Part shown: positions 18,360-31,400 of the stretch, one piece after another
Position numbering within the stretch: the stretch's first letter is position 1
How the letters are laid out: each line of letters begins with the position of its first letter
Source: Mesotaenium endlicherianum
Lineage: Eukaryota
DNA length: 64,000 bases
Reading direction: 5' to 3'
NCBI GenBank assembly: GCA_009602735.1
Contig: WELA01001939.1
Span: 959,742 to 1,023,741, forward strand
Translations under genes and position numbers: made by a program
Notes under the pieces: model-generated
What the model was told of the DNA's origin: nothing
What the model saw: the letters and a program-made list of their open reading frames with translations, nothing else
Database searches by the model: none

Positions 18360-19500
18360 ATGTGGGTGGGCGGGCTGCTGCTCGCTGCCAGTCTGCCCTT
18401 TGGTAGCTTGCTATGTGTGTTTGCGGTCGGTATGCTGCCCGCTGGCACCTTGATTTATTTTAGCTTCCACTGCGTTTGTTTACGAGGGGGCTGCTGCTTT
18501 CTGGCAGCCTGCATTCTTTGCTTGCTCTGTGTGTTTGCGGGGGGCTTGTTGCTCGCTGGCCGATTGCATGCTTACAGTTTGCGATGTTTGTTTGCGGGCG
18601 AGCTACTGCTTGCTGGCAGCCTGTCCCTTGTTGCTTGACGTGTGTTTGCGAGCGGGCTGCTGCTCGCTAGCAGCCTGCCCCCTTGTTGCTTGATCAATGT
18701 GCTTGCAAGCTGTCTGCTGCTCGCTGGCACCCTTCCCGCTTTTACATTCAATTACGTGTGTTTGCAGGCGTGCTGCTGCTTGCTGTCAGCCTTCTGCCTT
18801 TGCTTGCTCTGGGTATTTGTGAGGGGGTTGCTGCTCGCCGGCAGATTGGTTCAATTGCTTGTGTCTTCGTATTTTTTGACTGCCTGTCTGCGTCTATTTG
18901 CGCAGGCTCACGTGGGGCTCAAGCCGGCCAGATCCTTAGGGGCACATCCAACTACCCGTTGCACTCGCCACATTCGGCACTTCTGCAGGTCAGTACATCT
19001 GTAGCCAGTTCTTCTTGCATAGTGAGTTTGAGGGGGTGCTGCTGCTCGCTGGCAGATTGCATGCTTCTTGTTTGCTTTGTGTGTTTGCCGGCGGGCTGCT
19101 GCTCGTTGGCAGCCTGCCTGCTTGTAGCTTGCTATGTGTGTTTGCGGGTGGTGTGTTGCTTGCTGGCACCCTGCCCGCTTTTACCTTCAATTGCGTGTGT
19201 TTGCGGGAGGGTTGCTGCTTGCTGGCAGGCAGCCTACCGCCTTTGCTTGCTCTGTGCGTTTAAGGGGGGGCTGCTACTTGCTGGCAGATTGCCTGCTTCT
19301 ATTTGGCTCTGTGTGTTTGCAGGCGGGCTGCTGCTCGCTGGCAGCCTGCCCCCTTTTACCTTCTTGCATGTGTTCGCTAGTAGCCTGCTCTGTGTGTTTG
19401 CAGCAGGTTGTTGAGAGCTAGCAGCCTGCTGGCTTTTACCTTGCCGCGTGTGTTTGCGGGCGGGCTGCTGCTCGCCGGTAGCCTGGCCGCTTTTAACTTG
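18360..19500 (+). repeat. Degenerate ~60-bp minisatellite (GTGTGTTTGCGGGCGGGCTGCTGCTCGCTGGCAGCCTGCC...)
   Basis: Many diverged units; two larger blocks each preceded by a similar TTAGGG..CACATCC...CTTCTGCAGGT segment (about 18277 and 18936). Confidence 0.85.
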
Positions 19501-19691
19501 CTGTGTTTTTGAACAAGGTACTTATTATGATTCGATCTTTTATGTTCTGGTCACTTATGGACTCTGGCAATGCAAGACCAAAGTTCGTCGCTGTTGTGGC
19601 CCTCGTTGTTGTTGTCTTAGCAGCCTAGCAGTGGGCCTCTGTGCAGCAAGCTTTTAACAATGTTCTCACTAGCACTATTCAGGTGATACAC

Positions 19692-20112
19692 ATGGCTGTG
19701 GAAATACAAGCCAACAAGCGTCGCCATAACCTCTCGCAGTATGCTAATCAGTATACTCTTATCTACTACTATGTCCAGAAGTCACGGGTGAGAAAGCGTA
19801 GGCAACGTAGAGTCTATATGTTACAAACGTGTCTAATGTGGTTTGACTCGTTTCCGATGGATAAGTGGGACACTACACAGTGGAAAAGCCTTTTTAGGGT
19901 GTCCAAAGACCACTTCAAAGAGCTCGTAAACCTTCTTCATCCTTATGTAGTGAAGGGTAAAACTAACTTTATTAAAGCTCCTACTAGTACTAAGGGAAAA
20001 GTTGCTGCCACACTTTTTTCAGCAGAGGGTTGTTCGCATTTGATAATAAGTGAATTATTGGGCATTGGAGAAGCAACTGTCCGTATAGCAGTTAGAGAAG
20101 TATGTGCTGCCA
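19692..20112 (+). pseudogene. N-terminal fragment of a PIF/Harbinger (HARBI1-like) transposase
   Basis: WKSLFRVSKDHFKELVNLLHP...KVAATLF.AEGCSHLIISELLGIGEATVRIAVREVCAA matches the FR(M/V)S..F and HTH motifs of Harbinger transposases; the sequence breaks at TGTCGTG before the DDE core. Confidence 0.8.
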
Positions 20113-21499
20113 TGTCGTGCCCGTTCTTGTCGTGCCCTCTTGGTGTCTGGTCGTGTTCCCAGAGGGTGGTGGGTCAATGACAGGTTCTAGTGGTGAGTCG
20201 GATTAGGGCGGTAGGCGAGGATGGTCTAGTCTATGTGTATTGGTGGTGAACACTGGGGCCCATGATGTGCTCACGAGGGTCTGCTGTTGAGCAGCTGTGA
20301 GGCTCCCTCCCAGATCACCCGCACTTCCTTTACCTTCACACATGGTGTTGCCGCCCACATGTGTGTAGGTCGACCTTCAGGTTCGCTCGCTTGAATGGTC
20401 GGCGCGGGTACCCAGTGGGATCCCCCATTGCCCATGGCTAGATCATCACTGTACCATAGGCAATTCCCATGGGTATGCCCACGGATTGCTAGGGGTTAGG
20501 GAGAGTAGCGGACATTGGGGTGTCGGGTTCCTTTTGTCTGCTCACTAGTTGTACATGTGCTTGTTAACCTCTAGGTTCACCTCTTTTTCATATTTAGTTA
20601 GTTTCGGGTTTGTGTGAGATGACGCGATGACGCGTTCATCGTAGTTAGTAGAGTCTGATGGTGTTTCGAAGGCACTGCGCTTAGCATTCAAGGGCACGCT
20701 ATTTAGGCCGCGAGCTAACACCATTTCGGTGTTAGCTTTGTATGTTCGCTACTTGTGAGTGAGTTTCTTCCTATCTTGTGACGTGATCAAATGAGTGAGT
20801 TTGTGTGATGTTGTGTCGTGTTCTTCCTCACTTCTATGTGTAGGATACTCGTAGTAAACTCCACAACTCACCTTAAGTCGCGACCTCGTTAACCTCTCTC
20901 GCGGCCATAACAACGCTTTCCACCTTAGCTCGTGCCTTGCTTATCCGCCTAGGAACTGTGCTTAGCCTAGAATGCTCGCCAGTACCTCGGCTTGTTTACA
21001 TACAAAGCTAACCTTGAGTTAAATGGGTTAAAAGCTAGGGACGGGCGGAGTTACTTTAGTGGCGGAAGTACGCCATATGACTTCACGAGGAGAACGTCCT
21101 CGTGTGTTCAATTTCCTGGCGCTTGTGAGCGGGTGGAGCTTCCAAGTTTCACCTTGTGACCTGTGAGTACATTGCGTCAATGTTAGGGCCGGTCTCTTCT
21201 TAGGGACGGTTGCGTGCGTTGTGTGATGTTGTTTTTTTCCTTGTTTGTGTGTGCCTCTACTTGGGCCGGGCACACTTTTGCTTGCAGGCTAGCCAGTGTT
21301 GCTTAGACCGGTTGTGGGTGCATTGTCAACCTAGCTTGATCTTTGTTAGTGTTTGTGCTAGTTTGTGGTTACTCCCGGCCCTTGCGTTGGCCGGATTGCA
21401 CGCTAAGTGGGTGCGTGCGAGCCCTCCCGGCCCTTTTGTTGGTCGGGGGTTGTGTACGTTGGATGTGGGCGATTGAGAAACGGGGGGGGTATACTCTAC

Positions 21500-21960
21500 A
21501 GTAGCTGCTGTACTGGCAGCAGCTACATCAGCAGCAGCTGAGTCAGGAGCAGCTGAGTCAGCAGTAGCTGATTCAGCAGCATCTGAGCCAGCAGCAGTTG
21601 GCCGGCAGCAGCTGAGTCTGCAGTAGCTGATTGAGCAGCAGCTGACCCGGCCACAGCTGAGTCAGCGCTAGCTGTCCAACAGCTGTTGTGCCGCCCGCGT
21701 CCGCGCCAGCAACTGCTGCGTCTGCAGCAGTCACGTCAACTGTAGCTGTGCCAGTGTCTGCGGGGTCCGCAGCAGCTGACTCAGCAGCAGCTGGGACAGC
21801 AGCGGCTGCGTCGCTCGCAGCTGCGGCAGTGCAGTAGCAGCATCTGCCGCCCTCGGCTGCTGACTCAGTAGCAGCTGCGACACTAGCAGATGAGCCTGCA
21901 GAAACTGAGCCAGGGCAACTGAGCCACTCCCAGCTGTGCCAGCAGCAGCAGCAGCTATTG
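21500..21960 (+). repeat. Low-complexity GCAGCAGCTGAGTCA-type repeat in the 5' region of element X
   Basis: Recurrent ~15-nt AGC-rich units. Confidence 0.75.
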
Positions 21961-22056
21961 CCCCTGTCGCTACTTGTCGTTTGTACGCTGGGAATTGGGG
22001 TCAGGTACCGCTGCTCCTGCTGCTGTAGGTAGTTTCCTCGTCGTTCGCTACTTAAT

Positions 22057-24087
22057 TTGCCTAGGCGCGTAGTCGGCAATCCTCCTCACGAACTTTTTCC
22101 GCACTCGCGAAGTTCAGGTGTTGTGGATCCCTACCTTTCGCCTCTGCGCAAGTTGCATGTTATACACCCCAAAACGTACACGGAGTGGGGCGTTGTACCA
22201 ACGAATTTTGTGCACGATCCTCTTATCTCCATTCGCACGAATGTGTTGTTTGACTCTGAGCCTGAGGAGGGGGATGACTCTGATTTGCTTCCTTTGCATC
22301 ATTCGTCCACCCTTACCATCTCGGAGCCCTTTTTTGGACTATCTTTGGACCCCACGCCCAAGTCGTTTTCTCATCATCCTGCCGACACAACGTCTCAGTT
22401 TGAGTATTGTATGATTGCATGCAAGTTTGGTTTTCCGCACGAGGGATTTCCGTTCATTTCTGAGGGAGTTTCTACCATGGCTACTTCCACGTTGCTGTCG
22501 CAGATCTATACGAGGCACTCCGATGGCATTTTCATCGTGGCACTGGAATCTAAGATTGACGCTTCGATGGCGTTGAAGCGCGCTCGTAATCACAACCTCA
22601 CGCGTAACCGGTTTTTTGACACGTTACACTCACTCTTGGATGGGGAGGCATAATTATTCTACCAGAGGTTTAGGGCTGACATCGTCCAGACGGTACCGGA
22701 CGCTGTGCCCAGTGCCGCCCCTATTCCTATAGTCGAGGCTCCTCCAGTCCTGCCGACGGACCATCCTTGAATAGCTGCTGCGGCTGCTGCTACCGCAGCC
22801 GCCATGGCTGCTGGGCTGGACGACGCCGCCGCCGCGGCAGTGGTTGTCGCAGCGGCGGGGCTAGGCCCGGTTGGGGGTGAAGGGGGGGAACTCGCACTAC
22901 TTGGGGGGGCGGCAGGGGAACCTGCAGGCCCTGGACCGGTTGAGCTCGCTCTACCGGCGTATGCCACCCCCGTCGAGCAGCTTGCAGCCCGTGTTGCGGA
23001 TCGCCATTATCGGGCCGTGCAACAGCGCCAGCAGCAGGCAGTACTTGGCATAGTTTTACCTTTGCATGGTCCTGCGCCTGGAGCTGTCTTGGATCGCATT
23101 GACACCCTTTTGCAGATGTTTTGTCAGCACTTCCCCGCTAACACTCGTTCCCGCCAGGATGAGTTGAGAGACTTTGTGCGCTCCGCGCGCGAGACTCCTA
23201 ACATGGCTTATGAGCGTTTCCAGCAGTTGAGGGAGGATACGGGTATGTACGTGGATGTGACTCAGGCTTGCATCAAGTTCATCAGTGAATTCTCTGCTTC
23301 TACTTCTCTGTGTCAGACCCTTAACCATCAGCTTGCTCTCACTACTATTCCACAGCGGAGTGTACACGAGGTTTGTCGGTGGGCTGAATAGATCGAGATG
23401 GTGCAGGCAACGTCGCTAGCCAAGCGTAGGACTGCCAAAGGGGGAGCCGTAGGACTGCATGCAGTGCAGGTACTTACTCCGCCAATCACCGCGGCCGTCC
23501 TGGGAGCGGGACCTGCTGCCGCACCCAAGCGCGTGGTTCCAGTGTGCGACTACTGCCGCCAGAAGGGTCACCTGGTGGAGAAGTGTTTTCTCCTTCATCC
23601 CCATTTGGCGCCGACGGGGTGGTCCTTCAAGCCCCAGAAGGGCACAGAGCAACCTGCAGGGTTCAGCGGCGTTCCCATAGCCTAGGTGCCATCTTACTAT
23701 GCTTCTCCACCCCCTGCGTTTTCGGGTTTTTATCCGGGAGTCTCGGGGTTTCCGTCTCCGCATAGCAATTTTGCAAGGTATCCCTCTCCCGACTCACCTG
23801 TCCCCAGTTCATTCCCATCTGCACACCAGGCTGGGGTCGCTCATCCTAACCGTACCCCTAGCCCTAACCCTAATCCTAACCCTAAATGTAACCCCACCGC
23901 GCAGGATTTCTTTATGCGCCAGCAGTTGGCTGCCATGCCAACCGGCATGCAAGACATGCATTGTCGCGTTGGGTCGCAGCCTGATCCTATTCCTGCTCAG
24001 TTCGTCGGTTTGCATCCCCTCCCGCCTCGTGGGCCTGGTTCCACCTACCCTTCCTGGTTTCCCCAACCGCCCCGACCATGCATCTAA
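22057..24087 (+). pseudogene. gag of element X, broken by in-frame stops
   Basis: ORFs 22057, 22804, 23398 and 23686 are all in one frame, separated by single stops at 22651, 23389 and 23683; CCHC knuckle CDYCRQKGHLVEKC near 23545. Confidence 0.8.
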
Positions 24088-26960
24088 TGTGACTGAGGAG
24101 GAGGACGGAGATCCAGTCGTACGTGTCCATTCAATTCACAGTTGCCGTGTGGCTGCCGCAGAGGGCCTTGCTACCCCAGCTGTAAGACCCGACCATGGGC
24201 GGAGCGTTGAGCAGTCTGCTCAGCTCCCGCGATCCTTTGACTTGTTTGAGCCCGATGATACCTTGGGGCCCTCTCATGCTCGGCTGCCCGTACCAGTCTG
24301 GGATGTGCTAGCTCGTCCTGCTCATGCAGGTACCTTGGTCATCCTCCCAGACGACGTCCCCGCGGCCCAGCTGCAGGCCCAGCTGGTGTGCGATAATTTG
24401 CGCGCGGCAGCGGCTTTCGTCAAGCGCGATTTGCTTCTTCCCCCTTCATATGCCCAACTCGTGGCGGACCTGCCCCAACCTCCTAGCCCGCCACGACCGT
24501 TGACTCCACCTCGCGCATCCCCAGGACCACTTCCTACAGCATTGATGGTGATGGAGACCGTCGCAGCTCCAGCAATTTCTACCTCGCCAGCTCCGACGAC
24601 CGTGCCCGCCGTTCGCGGCATAGCCCAGGTGGTTTCGAGTCCTCCCGAGGAATTATTGGAGTCCGCAGATGAGGGTTTGCCTTACACGGTCACCTCTTGT
24701 ATCGGTCGAGTTACTTATGCTCGCCGTGACGAGGACTTACGTCCTTCCTCACCGCAGCGGTCTGTCGGTTTCCCTACTTCGAGTGATCCGGACCAGCTAC
24801 GGCCTCGTCCGGCCCATACGGCTTCGGCTTCATTTCCCGTTGTTCCTCGTCCCGCGCTGTTCATTCCCCCTCCAGCTTCGCAGTTGCGCGCAGGCGCACT
24901 GCTCCTGAAATGAATCGACTTACCAAATAGGCGATTAACAATTAATAAAGATCTTTATATCAGCAAGTAATCTTTGTGGTATTTTCCGTTAACTGGTTAA
25001 ACGGCAAAGGACAACCCACTAGCAGGGAATAATACTCGTAAGTCAAATTCGAGTAAACTAGCATCAATAATGCAATCAGTAAACTCATACATAAGCAAGG
25101 TTAGAAGACGGTGCGTATCAATGGCTTCTCGCCTTGGATTCAGATCTCTCTCAGTAAGCTGTACAAGAGAGTTGGCCTCGTTTCCGAATGCCGAACTCGA
25201 AAGCAATGCCTGGCATAGGTACATGGAATGAGTTTACTGTTCAACGGCCAGTGCGATGGCACCGCCTACCCGGGAGTTAACCACGTTGGTAGGACCTCGG
25301 TTAACCAACTCCACCGTCATCTCCCATCATCCCGACTCGCCATCCATCATAGGGATGTCATCTGGCCATCCATCTAGCATACCACACTTAGATGCATATC
25401 GAGGCAGTTCGCTGCTACCGAGTACGAAAGTCAGCTGGCTGTCAAAGAATGTGTCAGCAAGCTGACTTAAGGTGACCTCAGCCTGCTACTTCCGGCCGAG
25501 TCATTAAACTGATATTAAATATAAAGTCCAGCAGACTGATCATAAACTAGAGTTCAGCTGGCTGAACTTATTTAACTATATTATTTGAATGAATATCATA
25601 TCAACCAATATACTGATTCATTACCATCCCTCCAACTTAACATGTTGTCGCCTCGACAACACTGACACAGGGTACAAAGGTTTCCCCAACTGAAAATACT
25701 GATCCCTCTCCCATCCAGCATGCTGTGCACTTGGCCTTCCGCCCTTAGGAGGGAGATGCCCCTGGGGCCCTATGGTCAGGGGAGTCAGTCCTCCTCCTGT
25801 CTTGGGGTCTTCTGAATCCTGTCAGAAAGGGAGGTTCCGTGTAAGGACCCGGCGGAGAACGCAATAATTGTGCTGTTTCCTCCTGCACGGTCTGAAACTG
25901 AATGGAGGCAGCCTTCTCCTGGGCATCCCTCAAACTGACTGGTACATTTACCGGCATCCCAGAAGGATGTTGCATGACATGAGCTAAGGGTACATGCCCT
26001 CTCTGCGAGGGAGATGCCGGCAGGCCTCTGGCTATTTCTCTAGCAGCCCTCCTCTCTGCCCTGTCTGACTGGGTCTCTGTGCCTGGAGATGGGCTCTATC
26101 TTCTGGCAGTTCCCAGCCAAGTGATATCCTCCTCTTTAGCGAGTTGCTGAGCCAACCCCGTCTTCTCCCTTATAGGGGATGTGGAAGGTGTCAGGATCAC
26201 GGCAGGTGTAATGAATTGGTATATTGGTTGACATAATATTCATTTAAATAATATAGTTTATTAAGTTCAGCCTGCTGAACTCTAATTAATGATCAGTCTG
26301 CTGGACTTTATATTGTATATCAGTTTAATGACTCATCCCGAAGTAGCAGGCTGAGGTCACCGTAAGTCAGCTTGCTGACACATTCTTCGACAGCCAGCTG
26401 ACTTCCGTACTCGGTAGCAGCGAACTGCCTCGATATGCATCTAAGTGTGGTATGCTAGATGAATGGCCAGATGACATCCCTATGATGGATGGCAATTCGA
26501 GATGATGGGAGATGGCGGTGGATTTGGTTAACCGAGGTCCTACCAACGTGGTTAACTCCCGGGTAGGCGGTGCCATCGCACTGGCCGTTGAACAGTGCAC
26601 TCATTCCATGTACCTATGCTAGGCATTGCTTTCGAGTTCGGCATTCGGAAACGAGGCCAACTCTCTTGTACAGCTTACTGAGAGAGATCTGAATCCAAGG
26701 CGAGAAGCCATTGATACGCACCGTCTTCTAACCTTGCTTATGTATGAGTTTACTGATTGCATTATTGATGCTAGTTTACTCGCATTTGACTTACGAGTAT
26801 TATAACCTGCTAGTGTGTAGTCCTTTGCCGTTAAACCAATTAACGGAAAATACCATAAAGATTACTTGCTGATATAAAGATCTTTATCAATTGATAATCG
26901 CCTATTTGGTAAGTCGATGCATTTCAGTGGCATCGGAGCAGTTATCACAGTCTTCTTTGT

Positions 26961-28439
26961 ATGGTAAGGACAAGGTCTCAAACTAGCAACTCCCGAGACA
27001 TGGAGAACTAGGATAACGAGAATGTCAAAAACCAGGCGGAAAGCCATGTAGCGGGAACCCGTATCTATTCTGAAGCAGTGGCAGATACTGCAGCTAGAGA
27101 GGCGGCAGATGAGGCAGCTGCTATTGCCGCAGTCGCAGCACAGCAAGCTGAGGAGGAGAGAGCCAGATTAGAAGCTGAACAATTAGCAAAGGCCGCTGAA
27201 GATACAGAAAGGAGGGAAGGACAGCCAGCTGACGAGCGCACTGTTGAAGAACTTATGGCATCAAGGGCCAATGTTCTGAACCCACCTCCTGCTGTACAAC
27301 TCAATGTACCCCTAGGTCAAATACGTGACCGGCTGAATGCGGCAGGAATTGCTGCTGCAGGAGCGAGAGGGATTGTTGAGGACACTACTCAGCGAGTAGA
27401 TGCCAATGCTGCTGCTGCATTTGCTAATCTACCACCCCAGAGTGTAGACTTGGGAGCATTGTTCGTTCAGATGCAGTCGCAAATGGCGACCATGTATCAG
27501 TCCCAGCAGGAGGACAAAAGAATCATAATGTCCCTACTGCGGGACAGAGACCAACTGGGGTCTCACACCACTAGTGGTGGTGGCCGAGGGCCTAGTAAGC
27601 CCAAGCCGAAACCTCCCCAGGACTATGATCCTGAGGGAAACAGAAAATATTACCTGATCAAGTTTCTCGCGGATGTTGAGCAGTGGCTGGAGAACTACCC
27701 AGAACTGCAAGATTACGAGAAGGTCAGGCACACCGGTGCGCTACTGAAAGGCAGTGCCGCAGACTGGTGGCTTTACTGGAAGGAAGAGCGTAAGGCTCGG
27801 CAACTCGGTGACCCTACGTGGGTAGAGTTTGTCGAGAAGTTGCATGAGAAGTTTGATGTCATCAACCAGCAGCAGAAAGCTATCTATGCGATGATCTCCC
27901 TGACACTGAAGCAGACCACTTCAGTTGCTGAGTTTGCTCAAAAGTTCCAAGAGAACATGATGAAGCAGCCAGATTTGCCAGAACGGTATAGGATAGCATA
28001 CTTCAGGTATAGCTTGAAATCCGAGGTCTCTGGTCATTTTGCTGAGAAAAAGTATGACAAACAGGCTGACTTCATCCAGGATGCGGATGCCTGGGATCAG
28101 CAGCAGTTCAATCACAAGCGCCAGAGTAATACTTTGGTGTCTAAGGTTGTCAAAAAGCCCCACGGTTCCTACAATGCAATTGAAGGAGACCAGGCTGAGG
28201 ATAATGAGGGTGATGAATATGGGTATGAGTACAATGCTATTCAGTCTAGAGGTAGAGGTGGTCCCTCTCGAGGTGGCTATGGAAGGGGTGGTGGTAGGAC
28301 TAAGCCGAGACCAGCCTCAGCAAAATCCACTTGCTACCATTGTCAACAGAAAGGCCATTACAGAGAACAGTGTCCAGTGAAGCACCTGCCCAAGGTCGAG
28401 AGAAAAGACCAACCTTTAAAAGACAGCAACAGTCAGTAG
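26961..28439 (+). pseudogene. A2 gag with a premature TAG at 27009
   Basis: MVRTRSQ start; retrotransposon-gag core (LLKGSAADWW); knuckle CYHCQQKGHYREQC. Confidence 0.9.
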
Positions 28440-31400
28440 TCCAGTCTACTGACTGTGAGGATGCTAGAGATAGTGAGTCGTCACTAGCTGCCCTCGTAGC
28501 AGGTATCATGGGTCCTGCTGAACTGGATTCACTATGCATGCCTGACAACCAGATAAAGGAGACCATCACCAATATAGACGTCCAGAGAGTGCACACTCTG
28601 GATGCTCTTGTTCCACCTGATGTCCAACATTTCTTTGCTACGTCAGGAGAACAATGCGAAAGTCAGGAAAAGACAGTACCCCCTGTCCTACTGCATTGCA
28701 TGATTGCAGGTAGGAAGGTGAGGGCATTTGTTGACGGAGGGGCGTCACATACTTTTATCCACAAGGACTTAGTTAAGCGGCTAAGGCTGCCTACTGTCAC
28801 CCAAGGGAATAGAAAAATATTCCTTGGAGATGCCTCAAGTATCCCGGGAGGAGTTATAACCAAGCCTATTGAGGTCCAGTTAGGTTCTGGCATTGCAGTT
28901 CTAACTGAAACGCTTACATTTGAGGTACTCAACATTGGCTTTTATGATCTCGTGCTAGGCAGGTCCTGGCTTATTAGACATCAAGCTGAAGTGTGTTGGA
29001 GCAGAGGTACAGTTAAAGTGAGAGGAGCCAGTGATGGGCAGACTGACTTGGCACCCACCAGTGCTCTTCCTCTTGTCCTGTGTGGATGGCAAATGAAGGA
29101 AAACAAGAGGCTTCCAGAAGGATGCAAGTTGCTGAATGCAATGGAGTTCGTCAGAAGCTGGAACCAGAAGAAAGACAGAATGGTCTGTCTGCTGCTAAGA
29201 GAGGTACCTCCTCAACCTGAAGAAGTGGTTGAGAAAAAGGTAAGCCCTCCGGAGCACCCTACTGCTGCGAAAATTGTTGCTTAGTACACGGATGTATTTA
29301 TTATGCCTCCAGGACTACCCCCTGAGAGGGAAGTGGATCATAGGATTGATTTATTACCTGGGAGTCAACCACCCTGGCAACGCACTTATGGCTTGTCTTA
29401 TGTGGAGAGCGAGAAGTCGAAAACACAGATTGCAGAGCTTGAGGAAAATGGTTATATTTCTTCCAGTAAATCATCTTACGGCGCACCCATCCTATTTGTT
29501 AAGAAAAAGGATGGCAGTATGCGGATGTGTGTGGATTACAGAGCTCTGAACAGTATTCTTGTAAAGAACAAGTATGCTTTACCCAGAATTGAGGACTTGC
29601 TTGATACCCTGTCTGGTGCTAAGGTGTTCAGTAAGATAGATCTCAAGAGTGGTTATCATCAAATCAGTATTGCTGAGGGGGACGAACACAAGACTGCCTT
29701 CCGCACACGTTATCGACACTATGAGTTCAACGTGATGCCATTCGGACTGACTAATGCTCCTGCTACCTTCATGGGTGCTATGAATGACATTTTCAGACCT
29801 TATTTGGATAAGTTTGTGCAAGTTTTCCTATATGATATTTTAATTTTCTCTAAAGATGAAGCTCAGCACACTGAACACTTAATAACAGTCCTGGACACTC
29901 TGCGGAAAAATCACTTATATGCTAAAATGAGCAAGTGTGATTTCTTTAAGGAAAGTATTGAATTCTTAGGCCACGTTGTCAGTAAAGAGGGCATCAGCGT
30001 GGATCCTAAGAAAGTCCAGACCATAAGGGACTGGCCAGTACCACAGTCTGTCTCTGAAGTTAGATCCTTCCTCGGGTTGGCTAACTACTATAGGAGATTT
30101 ATTGAGAATTATTCCACAAAGGCCAGTAAACTGACTGACCTTACTAAGAAAGACATCGGGTATGTGTGGGGGGAAGAGCAGCAGGCTGCCTTCCAGACCC
30201 TTAAAGATGCCCTTTGTTCTGCCCCAGTGCTAGCCGTGTATGACCCCAGCAAACCGGTGCAGGTGGTTACTGATGCCTCTGATTTTGCCATGGGTGCTAT
30301 TTTGTTGCAGCCTGCTGACAAAACCACAAAGGATGGTAAGGTACGGCAGGAGTGGCATCCTGTGTTGTATGAGTCTATGAAATTTAATCCAGCGGAGATT
30401 AATTACTCAGTGCATGATAAAGAGCTGCTAGCTATCATTCATGTACTCAAACAGTGGAGAGCATACTTACATGGTAAAGCTTTTAAGGTGATTACAGATC
30501 ATCTAGCTCTGACCCACTTTCAGAAGAAGTCCAAGCTGTCGAGGAGGGAGAACCGCTGGAGCCAGATGCTGGAGCAGTTCCAAGTCCAGATCGACTACAA
30601 ACCAGGGAAGTTGAATCCTGCTGATGCACTCTCTAGAAGACCTGACTTGCAAGAAAGGAACTTTAGTCAGCATGCTGTAGATAAAGTCATGTGTGCACTC
30701 ACTTCACTAAAGGTGAAAAAGTCCTTCCTAGAACAACTTAGGAAAGCCTACCTTTCTGACCCAACATTTGAGCCCAGCCCCACTACTGATGTGTGTCGTG
30801 CTACTGCACTCGGGTATAAGCTTAAGAGAGGCGTCTGGGTGACTGAAACCACTTCAGGCAGGCTGAAGCTGGTCATTCCTAATAACTTGGAAATAAGGTC
30901 TCTCTTACTGAGTCAAGCTCAGGACAGTCTCCTGGGTGGACATTTGGGGCAGGCCAAAACTGTTGGCAAACTGGCAAAACATTATCATTGGGAGGGGTTA
31001 CCCCGGGAGGTCTTGAAATATGTCAAAACCTGTGACCAGTGTCAGAGAAATAAGTCTCGGCACACACCACCCCGAGGTCTCTTGCAACCATTGCCCATCC
31101 CAGTTGGACGCTGGGAAAATATATCCATGGATTGGGTGGTCACACTGCCACGAACTGCTAATGGGCATGATTCGATATTGGTAGTCGTGGATAAACTGAC
31201 AAAAATGGTCATTTTTATCCCCACAATTGTCAAAGTAACTGTACTCGAAACAGCGAGACAGTTTTACAACCATGTAGTATGCCAACATGGGCTACCCCCT
31301 AATATCATCTCAGACAGAGACTCAAAATTCACCTCTAAGTTATGGAGAGCTTTAATGGGGTTAATGGGAGTCAAACAGCTGCTAAGCACAGCAAACCACC

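Larger units (their letters stand above)
17594..20112 (+). mobile_element. 5' part of a PIF/Harbinger DNA transposon, truncated by an LTR-element insertion
   Basis: TAA followed by GGGCCGATTTAGAG at 17591-17607 resembles a Harbinger TSD plus TIR; transposase fragment downstream. The partner TIR is not in the window, so the left boundary is tentative. Confidence 0.5.

Noticed and set aside
18360..19421. Hydrophobic Cys/Leu-rich ORFs resembling membrane proteins
   Set aside because: They are translations of the ~60-bp minisatellite, open in several frames.
21573..22079. 168-aa antisense Ala-rich ORF
   Set aside because: Explained by the AGC-rich low-complexity repeat; no recognisable motif.
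23856..23886. (CCCTAA)n telomere-like run in element X
   Set aside because: Only about 5 imperfect units, in frame as PSPNPNPNPK within a Pro-rich gag tail; too short to call an interstitial telomere.
25256..25465. Recurrent MAPPTRELTT... ORF in every family-A LTR
   Set aside because: It recurs only because the LTRs are copies; it is short, antisense to the element and broken in some copies.
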